Shown: positions 38,411-47,157 of the stretch, in pieces
Layout: every line of letters starts with the position of its first letter
How positions within the stretch are numbered: position 1 is the stretch's first letter
Assembly (NCBI GenBank): GCA_036171915.1
Contig: JAVHRY010000039.1
Location: 1-50,519 of the forward strand
DNA length: 50,519 bases
Direction of reading: 5' to 3'
Origin: Elusimicrobiales bacterium
Lineage (GTDB): Bacteria; Elusimicrobiota; Elusimicrobia; Elusimicrobiales; UBA9959
Notes under the pieces: generated by a model
Seen by the model: only the letters and a program-made list of their open reading frames with translations
Told to the model about the DNA's origin: nothing
Databases searched by the model: none
Position numbers and translations under genes: made by a program

Positions 38411-40426
38411 TTATTTGACGCTGAATTTGAATACCCCGCCCGCGGAGGCCTCCGCCCAAATCCTGCCGCCGTGCAGTTCCACTATCTTGCGCGAGATGGC
38501 AAGCCCCAGGCCGAAGCCCGCCTCGCCCTCCCCCGCCTTCAGGCGCTTGTATTTATCAAAAACCGCCTCAAGCTGGTCCGCCGGGATGCCTGGGCCGGTG
38601 TCGGAGACGGTAAAGAGCAGGCCCCCGCCGTCCGCCTTAACGGAGGCGGTAATTTTGCCCCCGGCGGGAGTAAATTTCCAGGAGTTGGAAAGGAGGTTCT
38701 CTATTACCCTGCGCAGCAGGGAAGAGTCGGCGGAAAACTCCGCGTTCCGTGCGCCGTCCGTTTCCACTTCCAGCGCGATATTCTTTTCGCCGAATAGCGC
38801 CCTGAAGCTTTCGGCCGCGGCGGAAAGGAACTCCGCGGCGTTAATTTTGCGCTTATCCGGCTTAAGCTGGCCCGCTTCCATGCGGGAGATGTCCAGGATG
38901 TTCTCCAGCAGCTTAAAAAGCCTGTCGCTTGAGTCCTTGACGTTCCTTACATACCCGGCTTGTTTAGTTTCTGGCTGGAATTCTTTTTCCAGCATCTTTA
39001 TATAGCCCTGCATAGTGAGCAGCGGGGCGCGCAGGTCGTGGGCGACGGAGTGGAAGAAATCTTCTTTCATCTCCTGCAGCTTCCGCTCCAGCGTTATGTC
39101 GCGCAGCACCATGAAGATCGCCGGGCTCTGCGTTCTGGCTGAAAGCGTCTGGATACTGACGCGGTAGGATTTTTTTTCGCCGGCGTGGTCCAGTTCCACC
39201 ACGCCGCTCTTTGATGCGGCCTTTTTGTGCACCAGGCCGGCTACCCTGCGGCGCAGCGCCTCGCTGTCTCCGGCGGAGTTATCTTCTATCCCGAGGAGGG
39301 TTTTCGCCGAGGTATTGGCGTAAAGCAGCTCGCCGCGCAGGTCGCATAATATGATGGCGTCGTGGATAAGGCTGACCAGCAGCTCCAGCTTCTGCTTTTC
39401 CTCAAATACTTTTTCCACCTGTATGCCGTGATAGCGGTCCACCTCGCGCATCATGGTATTGAACGCCCTGAGCAGGGCCGAAAGTTCGGCGAACTCGGTT
39501 TCCTCGCTCACCTGGGTCTTAAAGTCCCCTTCAGCCACCCTGAGCGCTCCCGACATCAGCGCCCCTACCGGCATGCCCAGCCGGCGCGCGAACAACAGGG
39601 CCGAAAAGTAGAACACGGTGGCCACGGCCAGTATCAGGAAAGCCATCAGCCAGGTAAGGCGGTTTACTCCTGAAAAAGCCTCCGCGCGGTTTTCAAGCGC
39701 CAGCACGAACAGGTCAAAGCCGCGCACGCGCGCGGCCGCGCCGATATAGTCCCCGTCCTTTCCATTCATCTCAAAAACCGGGCCGCGCTTTAACAGGGCG
39801 CGGACCTCGGCGGCGTCAAACTTCTCAAAGGCTCCGGACAGCGCCAAGGCGTTGCCGTCGGCATCGGAAAGCAGCAAGCCGCCGGTAGCTCCCAGGCGCT
39901 GGGAGCGGAGTTTTTCGAAAAGGTCCCTGAGATTTACCGCCGCAAACGCGTAATAGCCGCCGCCCAGCGGGTACACCATCCGGCAGATAGGCATATCGTA
40001 TATCAGCTCAAAATGCCCCAGTACGGCCCGGCCGCCGCGCGAGGCTTTAAGGAACAGCTGGTCCCCTCCCAGATCCAGGTAGCCGAAATACCTCTCCATC
40101 TCCGGAACGCCGCCGCTCAGGACTTCGCGCCCGTCGGGCCCGGTAAACGCGAGGTAAAGGAACTCGGGGTTGCGCTTGAGCGCCTTATCCAGCGCGCGGG
40201 CGTTCACGTAAGAAGCGTCGGGGTCCCACATGCGCTCAAAACGGCGCGACAGGTCCTGCGCCTCGCGCTCCATCATCAGCGAGCCCATCTGCGACACGTT
40301 CTGCTGCAGGTTCGAGATATCTTTTTTGGCCCGCGCCTGGAAAAAGAATAAAAACAGGCCTGCCGGGACTATCGGGATCAACCCGGCCCCGAACACGATC
40401 AGCAATAGTCTGTTTAATAAGGTCAT
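38411..40426 (-). CDS. Sensor histidine kinase (Cache-like, HAMP, PAS, HisKA, HATPase)
   Basis: VAHDLRAPL H-box, ENLLSNSWKF N-box, DTGPGI and GFGLGL G-boxes; start taken at ATG 40426. Confidence 0.92.
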   Translation of the reverse strand: MTLLNRLLLIVFGAGLIPIVPAGLFLFFFQARAKKDISNLQQNVSQMGSLMMEREAQDLSRRFERMWDPDASYVNARALDKALKRNPEFLYLAFTGPDGREVLSGGVPEMERYFGYLDLGGDQLFLKASRGGRAVLGHFELIYDMPICRMVYPLGGGYYAFAAVNLRDLFEKLRSQRLGATGGLLLSDADGNALALSGAFEKFDAAEVRALLKRGPVFEMNGKDGDYIGAAARVRGFDLFVLALENRAEAFSGVNRLTWLMAFLILAVATVFYFSALLFARRLGMPVGALMSGALRVAEGDFKTQVSEETEFAELSALLRAFNTMMREVDRYHGIQVEKVFEEKQKLELLVSLIHDAIILCDLRGELLYANTSAKTLLGIEDNSAGDSEALRRRVAGLVHKKAASKSGVVELDHAGEKKSYRVSIQTLSARTQSPAIFMVLRDITLERKLQEMKEDFFHSVAHDLRAPLLTMQGYIKMLEKEFQPETKQAGYVRNVKDSSDRLFKLLENILDISRMEAGQLKPDKRKINAAEFLSAAAESFRALFGEKNIALEVETDGARNAEFSADSSLLRRVIENLLSNSWKFTPAGGKITASVKADGGGLLFTVSDTGPGIPADQLEAVFDKYKRLKAGEGEAGFGLGLAISRKIVELHGGRIWAEASAGGVFKFSVK

Positions 40427-40454
40427 TATCAGCGCAAACAGTACATCGGCAATC

Positions 40455-40515
40455 GTGAAGCGCAACCGACCAGAAGTTCTTCTAACCTTGAAACCATTAC
40501 CGGTTTGCGCTTCAC
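40455..40515. repeat. Inverted repeat in the etfA to kinase intergenic region
   Basis: gtgaagcgcaaccg (40455-40468) pairs with cggtttgcgcttcac (40501-40515) with one bulged base. Confidence 0.5.
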
Positions 40516-40518
40516 CAT

Positions 40519-41715
40519 TTACTTCTTCTTTAAAGCTTCTATGAGCTTCGGCACTATCTCGTGCGCGTCCCCTACTATGCCGTATTTCGCCACGTTAAAG
40601 ATAGGCGCGTTGGGATCTTTGTTCACGGCCACTATCACGTCCGAGGCCTTCATGCCCACTATATGCTGCACCGCGCCGGAAATACCGAAAGAAAGATAAA
40701 GTTTCGGGGAAACGGTAGTCCCGCTCTGGCCCACCTGGTGGGATTTTTCCTTAAAACCCAGGTCCACCGCGGCGCGCGACGCCCCGACTACGCCGCCCAG
40801 GAGTTTGGACAGCTCTTCCAGCTGTTTGAACTTTTCTTTGGTTTTCATCCCGCGGCCGCCGGAGACTATGACGCCCGCGCTCTCTATTTTCACTGCCCCG
40901 GTGTCGCGCGCGATATGGCGCTCCAGCACACGCACGCGGCGCAGGCTTTTATCCAGCTTGGCGGCTTCCCGCACTACCAGGACGGAGCGGCCCAGCACCG
41001 GCTCGGAAAGCTTCATAACGTTGGGGCGCACGGTGGACATCTGCGGCCTGGAATTGGGGCTTAAGATGTCGGCCATGATATTCCCGCCGAACGCCGGGCG
41101 CGACTGCAGCAGCAGGCCGTCCTTTATAGCCAGCGCCGTGCAGTCCGCGGTAAGCCCCACGTAAAGAGTGGAGGCCACGCGCGGGGCCAGGTCGCGGCCC
41201 TGGATGGTGGCGCCGTAAAGCATAGCGGAAGGTTTGTGGCGATTTACCAGCGAGACTATAACAGTTGAAAAGATATCCGTGTTGTACTCAAAAAGTTCCT
41301 CGTGCTCCACCAGGTACACTTTATCCGCCCCGTAGGCGCCCAGTTCTTTTTCGTAACCGTGGTTCTTGTCGGTCAGGACTACGGCGCAAAGATCTTCCTT
41401 CAGTTCATCGGCAAGGCGCCGGCCGGCGGAAAGCAGTTCAAACGTTACCTGCTTGATCTTTTTAGGATCTACTTTATCGTTAGTCTCCAAAAGCTCCACG
41501 TAAACCCACACGCCTTTGTAGGCGGAAAAATCGCGGACGGAAGCTTCTTCCCGGGTTATAATTATAGCCCGCACGGGGCAGATCTGCACGCAGGCTCCGC
41601 AGAGCGTGCAGGCCTCGTTCATTGACGCTTTCTTGTCCATCATGTTGATGGCGGCAAAAGGGCAAACAGGGACGCATTTACCGCAGCCTATGCATTTATG
41701 CGAAACTTCGATCAT
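40519..41715 (-). CDS. etfA: Electron transfer flavoprotein alpha subunit with N-terminal 2x[4Fe-4S] ferredoxin domain
   Basis: CIGCGKCVPVCP and CTLCGACVQICP, then GLTADCT, SRPAFGGN, SGGRG, QVGQSG, GISGAVQH. Confidence 0.95.
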   Translation of the reverse strand: MIEVSHKCIGCGKCVPVCPFAAINMMDKKASMNEACTLCGACVQICPVRAIIITREEASVRDFSAYKGVWVYVELLETNDKVDPKKIKQVTFELLSAGRRLADELKEDLCAVVLTDKNHGYEKELGAYGADKVYLVEHEELFEYNTDIFSTVIVSLVNRHKPSAMLYGATIQGRDLAPRVASTLYVGLTADCTALAIKDGLLLQSRPAFGGNIMADILSPNSRPQMSTVRPNVMKLSEPVLGRSVLVVREAAKLDKSLRRVRVLERHIARDTGAVKIESAGVIVSGGRGMKTKEKFKQLEELSKLLGGVVGASRAAVDLGFKEKSHQVGQSGTTVSPKLYLSFGISGAVQHIVGMKASDVIVAVNKDPNAPIFNVAKYGIVGDAHEIVPKLIEALKKK

Positions 41716-41749
41716 CGTAGTCTCCTGGCTTTTTTTAAAATTAACGGCT

Positions 41750-42541
41750 TTACTCCCCGAGGAAATGTTCCCGGCGCATTATCGCGAGTATCTTCTGCGC
41801 GTTTTCCTGGCCCGAACCGGAGGACATTTCAGCCTTCCCCCTGGCGGGCGGAGGATAGATCCTGTTTACCTGCGTAGGCGAGCCCTTGAGGCCCAGGTAC
41901 TGCTCCTCGGCGCCTATATCCGCGGCGTTCCAGACGTGGAAAGGTTTTTTAAGCGAGGCGTTTACCGCGAGGAAGGAAGGGTAGCGCGGCACATAATCTT
42001 TGTGCATGATCATGGTAAGCAGCACCGGCGGGCGGGCTTCCACTATTTCATGGCCGCCGTCTATAAGCCTGCGCGCGATTATCCGGCGGCCGTCCGCGTC
42101 CACGTGTTCGCAGAAGGTTATCTGCGCCATGCCCAGCTGCTGGGCCACTCCGGGGCCGGTCTGGGCGGTATCGCCGTCTATGGCCTGCATGCCGGCCAAT
42201 ACCAGCTCCGTCTTGCCGATCTTCTTTATGGCCTTGGCCAGCGCGTAGGCGGTGGCCCAGGTATCCGAGCCGGCAAAAGCCATGTCGGAAAGCAGGACGC
42301 CATCGTCGGCGCCCAGCGCCAGGCCCATCTGCACCACGCTTTTTGCCTGCGGCGGCCCCATGGACAAAATGGTTACCTTGAAATTATGTTTTTCTTTCAG
42401 CTCCAGCGCCGCCTGCAGGGCGAAATGGTCGTAAGGATTAATAATGCTGGGGACGCCGGCGCGGATAAGGGTGCCGGTTTCGGGGTTTATTTTAACCTCG
42501 GTGCTGTCAGGCACCTGCTTTACACAAACGACAATATTCAT
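41750..42541 (-). CDS. etfB: Electron transfer flavoprotein beta subunit
   Basis: MNIVVCVKQVPD, INPYD, GSDTWAT, QAIDGDTAQTGP, GLKGSPT; start ATG 42541 with AAGGAG RBS. Confidence 0.95.
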   Translation of the reverse strand: MNIVVCVKQVPDSTEVKINPETGTLIRAGVPSIINPYDHFALQAALELKEKHNFKVTILSMGPPQAKSVVQMGLALGADDGVLLSDMAFAGSDTWATAYALAKAIKKIGKTELVLAGMQAIDGDTAQTGPGVAQQLGMAQITFCEHVDADGRRIIARRLIDGGHEIVEARPPVLLTMIMHKDYVPRYPSFLAVNASLKKPFHVWNAADIGAEEQYLGLKGSPTQVNRIYPPPARGKAEMSSGSGQENAQKILAIMRREHFLGE

Positions 42542-42642
42542 TGACGATCTCCTTGGCAAATCTGATGGCGCTCCATGCGAATTAAACCGCGAACGGAACA
42601 ATGTGAATAGCCGCGAATAGAGAGTTTTTTAATTCCCATGCC

Positions 42643-44283
42643 TTACTTCGCTTTAAAGGTCTGCTTCAGCTTGGCGGCCACCAGGTCCATGTCCGCTATC
42701 AGACCCTTCTGCTCCGCCTGTATGGCCTCGATGTTGACGGCTTCGGCCAGGTTGCCGGCGGAGTCCACGCAGCCCAGCACCAGCGCCAGCCCTTCCATGG
42801 CCGTGTTCAGGGCTGCTTCCCGGGCGAACACGCGCGCCATCCCCTGCCACGCTTCACGGTCGAATCGCACTGTTTCCGTATATTTTTTTGCGGCCGCCGC
42901 GGTTGAAAAAATGGCGGCTGTTTCGGCGGCGGCTATAAGTTTGCCGAGCTTGAAGGTGACGTGCTGGTGGCGGGTGAGCTTGTGCACCCGGCACTCTTCC
43001 ATAACCGCGCCGAGCGCCCGCAGCGCCAGGGCCGAGGAGTGCGCGCCGCAGCCGGGCTCTTTAGCGTGCAGCTCGTCCAGCCGGTCCGCCATATCCTGGT
43101 AGTACCTGCCGCGCGATTTTAAATGCTCCTGCCAGCGGCCGCGGTAAATGGTCATTTCAAGGACCTCGCTGGTCCCCTCGTAGATGCAGGTTATCTTTAT
43201 ATCGCGCTTGATCTTTTCTACGGGAAAATCCTTGGTGTAGCCGTAGCCGCCCAGGGCCTGGATGGCGTCGTCGGCCGCCTTGTTGCCCCACTCGGAAGCG
43301 CCGTACTTGGCGATGGCGCCCTCGGTCTGCAGGCCGTGCTCGCCGGAGTCCAGCCGGAGGGAGGTATATTCTATGTAAGCGCGCGCGCCCTCCAGACGCA
43401 CATAATTGGGAACGATAAGTTTATGGGTGTAGCCCTGCTTGTCGGAAAGCGGGCCGCCGCCCTGTATGCGCTGCTGGCTGTAGCGGATGGCCTGCTCCAT
43501 GGCCTCCTCGCCGGCGCCCAGCCCGAAAGCGGCCACCATTACGCGGGTATAGCCGAACACCGCCTGGGCCTGCAGGAGCCCTTTTCCCTCCTCCATGCCT
43601 ATAAGGTTCTCCGCCGGCACGTAAACGTTATCGAGGGAAAGTCCGGCGGTGTTTGAAAGGCGTATGCCGTGCTTATCCTCATGCTTGTTGGCGGAAAAAC
43701 CTTCCATCTCTTTCTCGACTAAAAACCAGGACGGGCCGCCGGGGGCGATGGCCAGCACGGTATGTACATCCGCCACGCCGCCGTTCGAGATCCACTGTTT
43801 GTTGCCGGTTATACGGTAACCAGCTATCTTCCCGTTCTTCACTACGTGCTCGGCGCGGGTGCGCAGGTTCACCAGGTCCGAGCCGGCGTCGGGCTCGGTG
43901 GCGGCGTAGGCGACCAGCAGCTTCTCGGAGGCTATGCGCTTCAGCCATTTTTCCTTCTGCTCCTCAGTGCCGCCCTGGTTAAGCGGGTCGGTGCCGAGGA
44001 ACGTGGCGAACACGCCGGTGGCTATGCCCAGGTCTATGCGGGCCAGCGCCTCGCAGACGCGGTAGATATCGTAGGTGCCGCCGGAAACCCCGCCGTATTC
44101 TTCCGGTATCATCAGCAGGTGTACGCCGAGGATCTCCGGGTCGTACATCTCCTTAAGGATTTCGGCCGGAAATTCGTTTTTCCGGTCCAGCTCGCGGATC
44201 AGGTCAAAGGGGAGGCGCCGTTTGGCGTATTCCCTGAGACTGTCCAGCATTAGATTCCGTGAAATAGCGTCGATGCTTGCCAT
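42643..44283 (-). CDS. Acyl-CoA dehydrogenase with C-terminal extension
   Basis: ATEPDAGSD, GNKQWISNG, QALGGYGY, IYEGTSEV; start ATG 44283 with AGGAG RBS; 546 aa. Confidence 0.92.
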   Translation of the reverse strand: MASIDAISRNLMLDSLREYAKRRLPFDLIRELDRKNEFPAEILKEMYDPEILGVHLLMIPEEYGGVSGGTYDIYRVCEALARIDLGIATGVFATFLGTDPLNQGGTEEQKEKWLKRIASEKLLVAYAATEPDAGSDLVNLRTRAEHVVKNGKIAGYRITGNKQWISNGGVADVHTVLAIAPGGPSWFLVEKEMEGFSANKHEDKHGIRLSNTAGLSLDNVYVPAENLIGMEEGKGLLQAQAVFGYTRVMVAAFGLGAGEEAMEQAIRYSQQRIQGGGPLSDKQGYTHKLIVPNYVRLEGARAYIEYTSLRLDSGEHGLQTEGAIAKYGASEWGNKAADDAIQALGGYGYTKDFPVEKIKRDIKITCIYEGTSEVLEMTIYRGRWQEHLKSRGRYYQDMADRLDELHAKEPGCGAHSSALALRALGAVMEECRVHKLTRHQHVTFKLGKLIAAAETAAIFSTAAAAKKYTETVRFDREAWQGMARVFAREAALNTAMEGLALVLGCVDSAGNLAEAVNIEAIQAEQKGLIADMDLVAAKLKQTFKAK

Positions 44284-44326
44284 TAAATTCTCCTGATAGC
44301 TGCGGGGCTTTCCTGCCAGTCCCCTG

Positions 44327-45808
44327 TTACCTGCCCGCGATCTCCAGATAACCCTTAACTTCGGCCGCGATCTTTTCCGCGTAAGCTTTGTCTTCAAGGC
44401 CTTCCGCGTTTATAAAGACGTTCTCGGCCGCGCAGCGTATGGCCGCCTCAAGCTGGTAGCGCGCGCTCCGGTAGTCCGAAGCCACCTGCCGTGAAACCAG
44501 GGTTTCACAGACGGTAAGCCCGGCCAGGGCCTCCGAGGCCAGGCGCGCGGTCTTTAGCGGCACCTCGGCCGCGTGCTTCAGGGCGGCCTGCATTTTCACC
44601 TTGCGCTCCGGGTCGTCCTTGGGGAGCTTCATAGCCTCCATGAAGCCGTCAAAAGAGGCCGAGTCTTCCGCCACGCAGTTCTGCAGCGCCACTTTGTGCG
44701 AACCCAGGCGTTCGGAAAGGTCGCGCATGGCGGGTTTCTTGGCTTCGTCGAGCTTCTTGCTCCGGAGGCTGATACCCAGGGCCATCTGCCCCAGCGCGCA
44801 GCCCATGGCGCCGTTCACCGCGCCGGCCGAGCCGCCGCCGGGCGTGGGGTCGGTATTGGCGAGCGCGTCCACGAACAGGTTGGCCGCGGCCTGCCAGGAG
44901 CTCAGCAGTTTCAGAAGTTTCGTCTCCAGCACCTGCTCGTCCTTCTTGAAATCCTTTACATTGAGCGCTTCCACGGCGTAATCCGTTATGGCGTCCTGCG
45001 TGGTGAGGCCTATCAACTCCGTGCCGGTAATGGCTATATTTTTAGGGGCCAGCTCTTTGGCCAGCTCGTCCATAACGCGCTTTATGCTGGTGGTGCGGTA
45101 GTCGGTCAGCACGGTGGACATCTGCACCTGGCCCTTGGACTCCAGGAAGATCTCCTTGGCGCGCAGGGCTGGCAGGCCGCCGCCGGAAGTGCGTATTTTC
45201 TTCGCCAGTATTTTGGCGAAGTCCATGTCGGTGGTGGCAAGGTTCACGTTGAAATTCACTATCTGGTTGCGGGCGCCAACGGCCATCGCGCCGGCGGTGG
45301 GGTGGATGTGGTTGGGCCCGAAATCCGGCACGCGCTCCGGGTCCTTGCCGATGACCTCGCGCAGCCCTTCGAACTGGCCCTTGCGCACCTTGGCGAGGTC
45401 CTTGCGGTGTTCGAACTTGGCGGCCCGGTCATAAAGATAGACCGGGATGTTCAGCTCGCGGCCGATCCGCTCGCCGGCCTTCTCGGCCAGCTTTATGCAG
45501 TCCTCTATCGTGGATTCCATCACGGGGATAAAAGGAGCCACGTCGGTGGCTCCCATGCGGGGGTGCTCGCCCTTGTGGCGGTTCAGGTCGATAAGCTGAG
45601 AGGCTTTCTTGGTGACCGCGAACATGGCGTCGGCGGCGGTCTCTACGGGGGCTATAAAGGTGAGCACGGTGCGGTTGTGGTCGGCGTCTTTTTCCACGTC
45701 CAGCACCAGCACCCCGGGCACGGCCCTGGCCGCGTCGACAATAGCGTTTATTTTAGAAAGATCCCGGCCTTCGCTGAAATTAGGCACACATTCGACAAAT
45801 TTACCCAT
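44327..45808 (-). CDS. ftcD: Bifunctional glutamate formiminotransferase / formiminotetrahydrofolate cyclodeaminase
   Basis: VECVPNFSEGR, DADHNRTV, HPRMGATDV, VRKGQFEG; C-terminal cyclodeaminase domain PTPGGGSA..AAEVPL. Confidence 0.93.
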   Translation of the reverse strand: MGKFVECVPNFSEGRDLSKINAIVDAARAVPGVLVLDVEKDADHNRTVLTFIAPVETAADAMFAVTKKASQLIDLNRHKGEHPRMGATDVAPFIPVMESTIEDCIKLAEKAGERIGRELNIPVYLYDRAAKFEHRKDLAKVRKGQFEGLREVIGKDPERVPDFGPNHIHPTAGAMAVGARNQIVNFNVNLATTDMDFAKILAKKIRTSGGGLPALRAKEIFLESKGQVQMSTVLTDYRTTSIKRVMDELAKELAPKNIAITGTELIGLTTQDAITDYAVEALNVKDFKKDEQVLETKLLKLLSSWQAAANLFVDALANTDPTPGGGSAGAVNGAMGCALGQMALGISLRSKKLDEAKKPAMRDLSERLGSHKVALQNCVAEDSASFDGFMEAMKLPKDDPERKVKMQAALKHAAEVPLKTARLASEALAGLTVCETLVSRQVASDYRSARYQLEAAIRCAAENVFINAEGLEDKAYAEKIAAEVKGYLEIAGR

Positions 45809-45895
45809 AAGGGCTCCTTGAACTTGCGCGGGCCGCTATTAGCGCCCGCTTATATATTTAAATTATACTAATTAGGACGAAGGACAGGAAGGTTA

Positions 45896-46357
45896 GGGCT
45901 CGTTAAAGAATAACTGACGCATTTGGGGCCCATATTTGAGCCGGATGCAAGGCGCGACGAACGAGCATACCGGTGGCTGTGGGTGGAGCGAAGCGACACA
46001 ATTCAAGAACAAGTGAGGAGCAAAGCGGCAGCCGGCTCAAAGATGGGCCTCCCCCTTGGGGCTTAGCCGCTTTCGGGCTGCGCCTTCGCGGCATTCCGCT
46101 AAAGCACGTGTAGTACATATTGCTCCATGCCGCTTCGGCTAGGAGCCTGTCCGACATAAGGCTTTCATGACGAAATTGACGATTTTGGAGCCGAGCCGAA
46201 GCGACGCGAAACGAGCACCCTCGACGGAGGTTGTAAGTTGAGCGTCGCGAAGGCGCAGGACAAAAGCGGCAATTGCAGGCGAAATTGCTTATGTCGGACA
46301 GGCTCCTAGCTCCAAAATCAGCTCAGCCAAATGCGTCAGTTATTCTTTAACGAGCCC
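45896..46357. mobile_element. MITE family B (outer element, about 295 bp without the nested insert)
   Basis: Perfect 31-bp terminal inverted repeats GGGCTCGTTAAAGAATAACTGACGCATTTGG (45896-45926 and 46327-46357) flanked by direct TTA (45893-45895, 46358-46360). Confidence 0.88.
46139..46309. mobile_element. MITE family A, copy 2, nested inside MITE B
   Basis: Perfect 22-bp inverted ends CTAGGAGCCTGTCCGACATAAG; 14 substitutions and no indels relative to 27829-27999. Confidence 0.92.
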
Positions 46358-46367
46358 TTAGCGGGAG

Positions 46368-46453
46368 GAAATGCGAAAACCCGCTTTTGGCGGGTTTTCG
46401 CTTCCCCTTGAATCGGGGAGTTCTCAGTTAGTGGCCGTTCTATGCCGGCGACT
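46368..46453 (-). ncRNA. Candidate stand-alone small RNA with three stem-loops
   Basis: Lies between a near-consensus promoter and a 12-bp terminator-like hairpin; AGUCGCCG-GCAUAGAA-CGGCCACU and UCCCC-GAUUCAA-GGGGA stems; no ORF. Confidence 0.55.
46373..46401 (-). terminator. Terminator-like hairpin closing the candidate sRNA
   Basis: gcgaaaacccgc-ttttg-gcgggttttcgc, a perfect 12-bp stem; only a short AUUU tail on the minus strand. Confidence 0.6.
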
Positions 46454-46459
46454 GGATAT

Positions 46460-46488
46460 AATGTAGCAGAAAAGACTTGACTTGTCAA
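46460..46488 (-). promoter_or_regulatory. Sigma70-type promoter TTGACA-N17-TACATT with extended -10 TG
   Basis: Minus strand reads TTGACA agtcaagtcttttctgc TACATT. Confidence 0.75.
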
Positions 46489-46500
46489 GAGCCACCCCGG

Positions 46501-47157
46501 TTACTGCCCCTGGGCGGCCCGGTTCTTCCAGACGCTGTAATGCAGCACTAACATGATATCCAGGTTATCGGCGCTGTTAAGGCTGAAATTGGCGCCCTTC
46601 ATGTTGAAAATATGGTGCCAGCGCAGGTCCAGTCCCGCCCGCGTCCCCCACCAGAAAGGGTAGGTTACCCCGCCGCCAAGGTTAACCCCGGCGCTGGAAC
46701 CGGAATCGGAGGCATAGCGCACGCCGCCGGAAGCGAAAGCGGGCTGCGTCCACTGGTAAACACCCGCCCCGAACACGCCGTAATAAATCTTGTCCCCCTC
46801 AGGGAACGAGGCCCTGACAAAAGGAGTAAAAGAGAATATCTTAAGCCCCAGGTCTTTCATTACACGGTTCTCGTGGCGCAGGGAATAGGACGATTCCAGC
46901 CCATAACTAAGGACCTCGTCCACCCGCTTTAAGGCCGCCAGGCTGAAAGCCGGGGAAGACTTGAACCCGGCATCCTTATCCCCCCAATGTCCGCCGAACG
47001 GCAGCGTCCAACCGCCGCCCCCCGAGATGTAACCGGCGATGTAGCGCGGCGGCTCCGGCAGGTCCTCAAGCCCGGGCAGGCCGTCCGCCGGCGCGGCCGC
47101 GCCGGACCCGGCGCAGGCGCAGAGGCAGAATAGGACCAGGCCCGCGGCCTTTTTCAT
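46501..47157 (-). CDS. Outer membrane beta-barrel protein
   Basis: Signal peptide; alternating beta strands YGVFGAGVY, GVNLGGGVTY, AGLDLRWHHIF. Confidence 0.7.
   Translation of the reverse strand: MKKAAGLVLFCLCACAGSGAAAPADGLPGLEDLPEPPRYIAGYISGGGGWTLPFGGHWGDKDAGFKSSPAFSLAALKRVDEVLSYGLESSYSLRHENRVMKDLGLKIFSFTPFVRASFPEGDKIYYGVFGAGVYQWTQPAFASGGVRYASDSGSSAGVNLGGGVTYPFWWGTRAGLDLRWHHIFNMKGANFSLNSADNLDIMLVLHYSVWKNRAAQGQ

Noticed and set aside
45903-46157. 84-aa ORF within the nested MITEs as a transposase remnant
   Set aside because: No DDE or HTH features, and it crosses the junction between two independent elements.
46420-46452. GTTCTCAG...GGCGAC resembling a CRISPR repeat
   Set aside because: Single copy with no spacers and no cas genes; better explained as part of the minus-strand sRNA candidate.
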